Below, piece by piece: positions 59,980-64,000 of a DNA stretch of 64,000 nt. A model generated the notes under the pieces. It saw only the letters and a program-made list of their open reading frames with translations. It was not told the origin of the DNA and made no database searches. Made by a program: the position numbers and the translations under genes. Within the stretch, counting starts at the first letter, position 1. Each line of letters starts with the position of its first letter. The DNA is from a bacterium (GTDB lineage Bacteria; UBA8248): the NCBI GenBank assembly GCA_965200245.1, contig CBDATS010000015.1:192001-256000 (forward strand), written 5' to 3'.

Positions 59980-61347
59980 ATGTCTTGTCCAGTCTTCGTA
60001 ATCGTCGGTCGCCCGAACGTGGGTAAATCCACGTTCTTCAATCGGCTTACCGGCAGGCGGGACGCCATTGTACAGGCAGAACCGGGAGTGACGCGGGACA
60101 GACGCTACGGCGAAGGGGAGTGGGAAGGTGCCAGATTTTTTGCCGTCGATACAGGAGGAATAGCCGCATCGAAAACTGATCCATTCTTACCGAAAATTCA
60201 GGACCAGACTGCTGCCGCCATTGAGGAGAGCGATGTTGTTTTGTTTCTCGTCGATGGAATCGTAGGATTATTACCTGGTGATCATGAAGTCGCGCAGATG
60301 GTTCGTGTCTCGCAGAAACCGGCGTTGCTCATCATGAACAAATCGGATTCCAAGCGCTCGCGGGAGACGGGGTGGGATTTTTACAAGCTGGGCCTTGGCG
60401 AAGTTTGGGCTGTATCGGCGGAACACGGAACAGGTGTATCCGAGGTGATGGACGAGGCGTTCCGCATCGCTTCGCGCGAAAGCGGAACTGAAGAGGCTGA
60501 AGATGCTGATGAGTGCCGTATCGCCGTCGTTGGCCGCCCAAATGTGGGAAAATCTTCTTTCGTGAATCAAATTCTCGGAAGCGAGCGTACCTTGGTTAGC
60601 CCTGTTCCAGGCACGACGCGAGACCCTGTGGATTCCCTGTGTGCGAGAGAGGGGAAATCATACCGTTTCGTGGATACGGCAGGCATCAGGAGAAGAGGAA
60701 AGATAGGCAATCGTCAAGTGGAAGCGGTGAGCATGATAATGGCCTACCGCAGCATCGAACGTGCACAGATTGCTTTGCTCCTCATTGATGCGACCGAGGG
60801 CCCGAAAGCGATGGATGCGCAGATAGCCCGCTATATAAAGGATTCCGGCCGCGCTTGTGCGATTTTGTTGAACAAATGGGATCTTCTGGTCAAGGATAGC
60901 AAGACTTTCGATGAAAAAGTGCGTGAAATCAAGGATAAATTGATCCACGTTCATTTCGCGCCGGTCCTATCAGTTTCCGCGCTCACGGGGCAGCGGTGTG
61001 AGCGCGTTTTTGAAGTGGTGGATAAAATAAATGAATCTCACGACCGGCGCGTTCCCACAGGGCAACTGAACCGGGCGATAGCCGAAATCGTTCATGCGCA
61101 TCCACCTCCGACCGTTTCAGGAGGGCGGCGCCCCAAGTTGTATTACGCCACGCAAAGCGGTGTTTCGCCGCCCCATGTCATACTCTTTGCGAGTCTCGCT
61201 AGCCAAATTCCAGTGGAGCAATATGGGAGATACGTGGAGAACAGGCTTAGGGAGCGTTTTGATTTCGAGGGTACGCCTCTTCGGGTGAGTTTCCGCCAAA
61301 GAGGGACTAGCACTCCGCGCAGACGGACTGGAAAGGCGAGCAGATAA
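59980..61347 (+). CDS. der: Ribosome biogenesis GTPase Der (EngA)
   Basis: Two GRPNVGKS P-loops, PGVTRD/GTTRD, DTGG/DTAG, NK.D, C-terminal FDFEGTP. Start at ATG 59980. Confidence 0.96.
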   Translation: MSCPVFVIVGRPNVGKSTFFNRLTGRRDAIVQAEPGVTRDRRYGEGEWEGARFFAVDTGGIAASKTDPFLPKIQDQTAAAIEESDVVLFLVDGIVGLLPGDHEVAQMVRVSQKPALLIMNKSDSKRSRETGWDFYKLGLGEVWAVSAEHGTGVSEVMDEAFRIASRESGTEEAEDADECRIAVVGRPNVGKSSFVNQILGSERTLVSPVPGTTRDPVDSLCAREGKSYRFVDTAGIRRRGKIGNRQVEAVSMIMAYRSIERAQIALLLIDATEGPKAMDAQIARYIKDSGRACAILLNKWDLLVKDSKTFDEKVREIKDKLIHVHFAPVLSVSALTGQRCERVFEVVDKINESHDRRVPTGQLNRAIAEIVHAHPPPTVSGGRRPKLYYATQSGVSPPHVILFASLASQIPVEQYGRYVENRLRERFDFEGTPLRVSFRQRGTSTPRRRTGKASR

Positions 61348-61436
61348 CTTCAAGAATTTTGAGAGTTTCGGGCGAAAACGCCTCTTATAGTGTTCACACC
61401 CAGCTTTAATGATGGCCCACAAGTAATTCATTCTGA

Positions 61437-61465
61437 TTGACAAAGCGAACCTGCAATGGCAGGAT
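61437..61465 (+). promoter_or_regulatory. Probable sigma70 promoter for the EF-G paralogue
   Basis: TTGACA (61437-42), 17-nt spacer ending TGG, CAGGAT (61460-65). Confidence 0.5.
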
Positions 61466-61563
61466 TTGAGAAATGCTTATTTTCGCAATCGTCACCGAGT
61501 CGGCAAGAGGCTCTAGCTGAACGTCACGTTGCCAATAGACTAATATTAGAGGAGTTGAAGTAG

Positions 61564-63651
61564 ATGGCGGCGCACGAAATAGATAAAATCCGGAATGTTG
61601 CTTATGTGGGTGAGGGAGGAAACGGAAAAACTTCTCTCGTTGAAGCCTGCCTCTTCACTGCTGGAAGCACTGACAGGCAAGGCAAGGTCGATGGAGGGAA
61701 CTCAATCCTCGACTCCGAACCCGAAGAGGTGAAGAGAAGTTCTTCTATCTTGGGTGCCGTGGCCTACGCCAATTGGAATAGGCATCGCTTCAACCTCCTT
61801 GATACACCGGGGTACTCGAATTTCATATCCGACACCGCTGCAGCCATTCGCGCATGCGACAGCGCCGTCGTCGTTCTGAATGCGCACTCGGAACCGAAGG
61901 TGATCACTGAAAAAGTGCTGGACTGGGCCGCAGAGGAAGGCTTATGTTCGTTCTTATTTCTGAACCAAATGGATCATGAACAAGCCGATTTGAGCCGCGC
62001 GATGGAATACGCGGAAAAGATGGTCGACAAACGTCTCGCAGTTTTGCAATTGCCCGTGAACCCCGGCGCAGGTTTCAACGGAGTCGTCGACCTCATCTCG
62101 GGCAAAGTTTATACCTATAATTTGGAAGGCAATGGAAAAGGTGTGGAAGGTGATGTTCCGGCGGAGATTTCCGATACTTTTGAGGAGTATCGTGGACAGC
62201 TCATTGAATTCGCGGCGGAAGCTAACGAAGAGGTACTCGAAAAATACCTGGAAGGGGAAGAACTCTCGCCGGATGAGATCGTCGCAGGGTTGCGCCAAGG
62301 AATCCAAGAAGGTTCCTTTTTACCGGTTTTATGCGGTTGTGGTGTCAAAAACATTGGTACTGATCTTTTGCTGAACGCGATTGAGCAGTTCGGTGCGTCA
62401 CCATCGTCGCACGTGTTCAAGGCGATAAACCCTGGTGGTGAGGAGGTAAGCATTTTGGCGGATGCCGAAGAACCCTTCCGCGCCTTGGTTTTCAAGACGG
62501 TTGTAGACACATTCGCAGGCAAGTTGAATTATTTCCGAGTAGTTTCGGGCGAAGTTTCTTCCGATACCGGTGTTCTCAATACCACGCAATCCGAGAAAGA
62601 GAGAATCGGTTCCTTGCTATTTATCCAAGGGAAGGGACAGTCTCCTGTCTCCGACAGACTCGTTCCAGGAGACATCGCCGCGCTCGCCAAACTGAAAACA
62701 ACGCAAACCGGAGATACGCTTTGCGACGAGGCAGGCGCCGTCGTGTTCGAACCCATCAATTTCCCCTCTCCCGTCATTTCCTACGCTGTGGCACCTAAGA
62801 GCAAGGGTGATGAGGAAAAACTCAGTATGGCCCTCGCGCGCTTGCGTGATGAGGACCCCGCGCTCACCGTAAGCCGCGATTCCCAGACGAAAGAAATGCT
62901 TCTATCGGGTCTCGGTGTTTTGCACATTGAAGTCATAGTCGAGCGCATCAAGCGCAAATATGGCGCAGAAGTGGAGATGAAGACTCCGCGGGTGCCCTAC
63001 AAGGAAACGATTAAGGGGAGGACCAAGGTGCAGGGTCGCTACAAGAAACAAACTGGCGGCCGAGGGCAATTTGGGGACACTTGGCTCGAAATCGAACCGC
63101 TCCAGCGTGGCGGCGGGTTCGAGTTCGTGGACAAAATTGTGGGTGGTGCTATTCCAAAAACATTTATTCCGGCTGTGGAGAAGGGGATTATCGAAGCGAT
63201 GGACTCGGGCACTCTGGCCGGCTATCCGGTGACGGATCTGAAAATCACGCTGTATGACGGTAGTTTTCACAATGTCGACAGTTCCGAAATGGCGTTCAAG
63301 ATTGCTGGCTCTTTAGGTTTCAAGAAAGGCATCCAGGAATGCAGGCCTACTCTTCTGGAACCCATCATGAACATGCAAATCGTTATTCCAGAAGAGTATA
63401 TGGGCGACATCATCGGCGACATGAATTCGCGCAGAGGCAGAGTGCTCGGCATGGACCCGAGCATAGGCGGCAAGCAGGTAATCAAATCCCGGGTTCCGAT
63501 GGCGGAGGTGTTGAACTATGCGCCTGCGTTGCGGTCGCTTACCGCAGACCGGGGTGATTTCTCCATGGAGTTTTCCCATTACGAAGAAGTACCAGGGCAG
63601 ATTTCCGAGAAAATCGTATCTGAGGCGGTGTCAGCCCGTGAGAACGACTGA
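61564..63651 (+). CDS. fusA: Elongation factor G paralogue (EF-G2/FusA2-like)
   Basis: Full five-domain EF-G layout: DTPGY, KKQTGGRGQFG, DGSFHNVDSSEMAF, LLEPIM. Not in a rpsL-rpsG-fusA-tuf operon; GTPase motifs are divergent. Confidence 0.9.
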   Translation: MAAHEIDKIRNVAYVGEGGNGKTSLVEACLFTAGSTDRQGKVDGGNSILDSEPEEVKRSSSILGAVAYANWNRHRFNLLDTPGYSNFISDTAAAIRACDSAVVVLNAHSEPKVITEKVLDWAAEEGLCSFLFLNQMDHEQADLSRAMEYAEKMVDKRLAVLQLPVNPGAGFNGVVDLISGKVYTYNLEGNGKGVEGDVPAEISDTFEEYRGQLIEFAAEANEEVLEKYLEGEELSPDEIVAGLRQGIQEGSFLPVLCGCGVKNIGTDLLLNAIEQFGASPSSHVFKAINPGGEEVSILADAEEPFRALVFKTVVDTFAGKLNYFRVVSGEVSSDTGVLNTTQSEKERIGSLLFIQGKGQSPVSDRLVPGDIAALAKLKTTQTGDTLCDEAGAVVFEPINFPSPVISYAVAPKSKGDEEKLSMALARLRDEDPALTVSRDSQTKEMLLSGLGVLHIEVIVERIKRKYGAEVEMKTPRVPYKETIKGRTKVQGRYKKQTGGRGQFGDTWLEIEPLQRGGGFEFVDKIVGGAIPKTFIPAVEKGIIEAMDSGTLAGYPVTDLKITLYDGSFHNVDSSEMAFKIAGSLGFKKGIQECRPTLLEPIMNMQIVIPEEYMGDIIGDMNSRRGRVLGMDPSIGGKQVIKSRVPMAEVLNYAPALRSLTADRGDFSMEFSHYEEVPGQISEKIVSEAVSAREND

Positions 63652-63677
63652 ATTCCGCATATAAGAGGGTTCTTGAA

Positions 63678-64000
63678 ATGGCGAGAAAAGGAGTGAATCT
63701 TCTGGAAGGCGATGATGACGAGGAAAGGGAAGGCGACCCAGAAATGGATTCTGGAGACGGAGGAGGGGATTACGAGCGCCGCAGAGGCGGTTTCGTCGAT
63801 GCCTTGATGGTCATCCTTTTTGTGTGCGTCATGCTGGGCGGAGTGGCTTGGGCGGGATATCAGTTTTGGTGGCTTCCCAAAGTGAAAAAAGAGGCCCAGT
63901 TGAATAGGATCCACATGAAGCAAGAACAACAAAGAAAAATGCGCTTAACGAAAACGGGAGGCGCAACACAACGCGAACTGTCGTCTGCCGAGGCTACTGA
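63678..64000 (+). CDS. Hypothetical single-pass membrane protein (3'-truncated)
   Basis: My translation, open to the window end: MARKGVNLLEGDDDEEREGDPEMDSGDGGGDYERRRGGFVDALMVILFVCVMLGGVAWAGYQFWWLPKVKKE...; SD AAGAGGG upstream. Not in the ORF track because it has no stop. Confidence 0.7.
   Translation, partial: MARKGVNLLEGDDDEEREGDPEMDSGDGGGDYERRRGGFVDALMVILFVCVMLGGVAWAGYQFWWLPKVKKEAQLNRIHMKQEQQRKMRLTKTGGATQRELSSAEAT

Noticed and set aside
59971-59982. Anti-SD-like CTCCTCC directly before the der start
   Set aside because: No convincing pairing partner or associated minus-strand gene; likely chance.

Overview
A 64-kb stretch of core bacterial chromosome with about 55 densely packed CDSs, all on + except rpsT, and one tRNA (CAT anticodon). 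I found no CRISPR array, transposase or prophage. Gene order: recO(partial)-argS-SPOR-lipA-aminotransferase-hom-apgM-like-lysC-glyQS-ppdK-ribD/E/BX/H-nusB-(M17 N-domain)-lptE-holA-rpsT<-murJ-xerD-phoH-7TM-HD-ybeY-lapA-mutS-DUF4390-ntrY-[ntrX::lpxC]-purMN-lolA-rseP-ispG-proS-small Cys protein-tRNA-tilS-ftsH-pdxJ-nnr-tsaE-lptCAB-rpoN-hprK-EIIA-HPr-metK-ahcY-amiC-der-EF-G2-partial membrane protein. This order resembles a diderm of the deltaproteobacteria/Nitrospinota/Tectomicrobia type (inference only). The standout is a single ~710-aa ORF that fuses an NtrX-like response regulator (intact receiver, degenerate AAA+, Fis-type HTH) to an LpxC with intact catalytic motifs. It lies directly behind an NtrY-like kinase and a DUF4390-like gene, and three genes downstream of mutS-adjacent lapA, which lacks its lapB partner. 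Together this is a candidate system for direct phosphorelay control of the committed step of lipid A synthesis. Secondary signals are several apparently inactive enzyme domains (ApgM-like, RibX, lone M17 N-domain, altered EF-G2 G4 motif), a 10-bp duplication that removes the ftsH stop, a bidirectional rpsT/murJ promoter, and the absence of many genes from otherwise conserved clusters. All calls come from motif recognition by eye; no searches were run.
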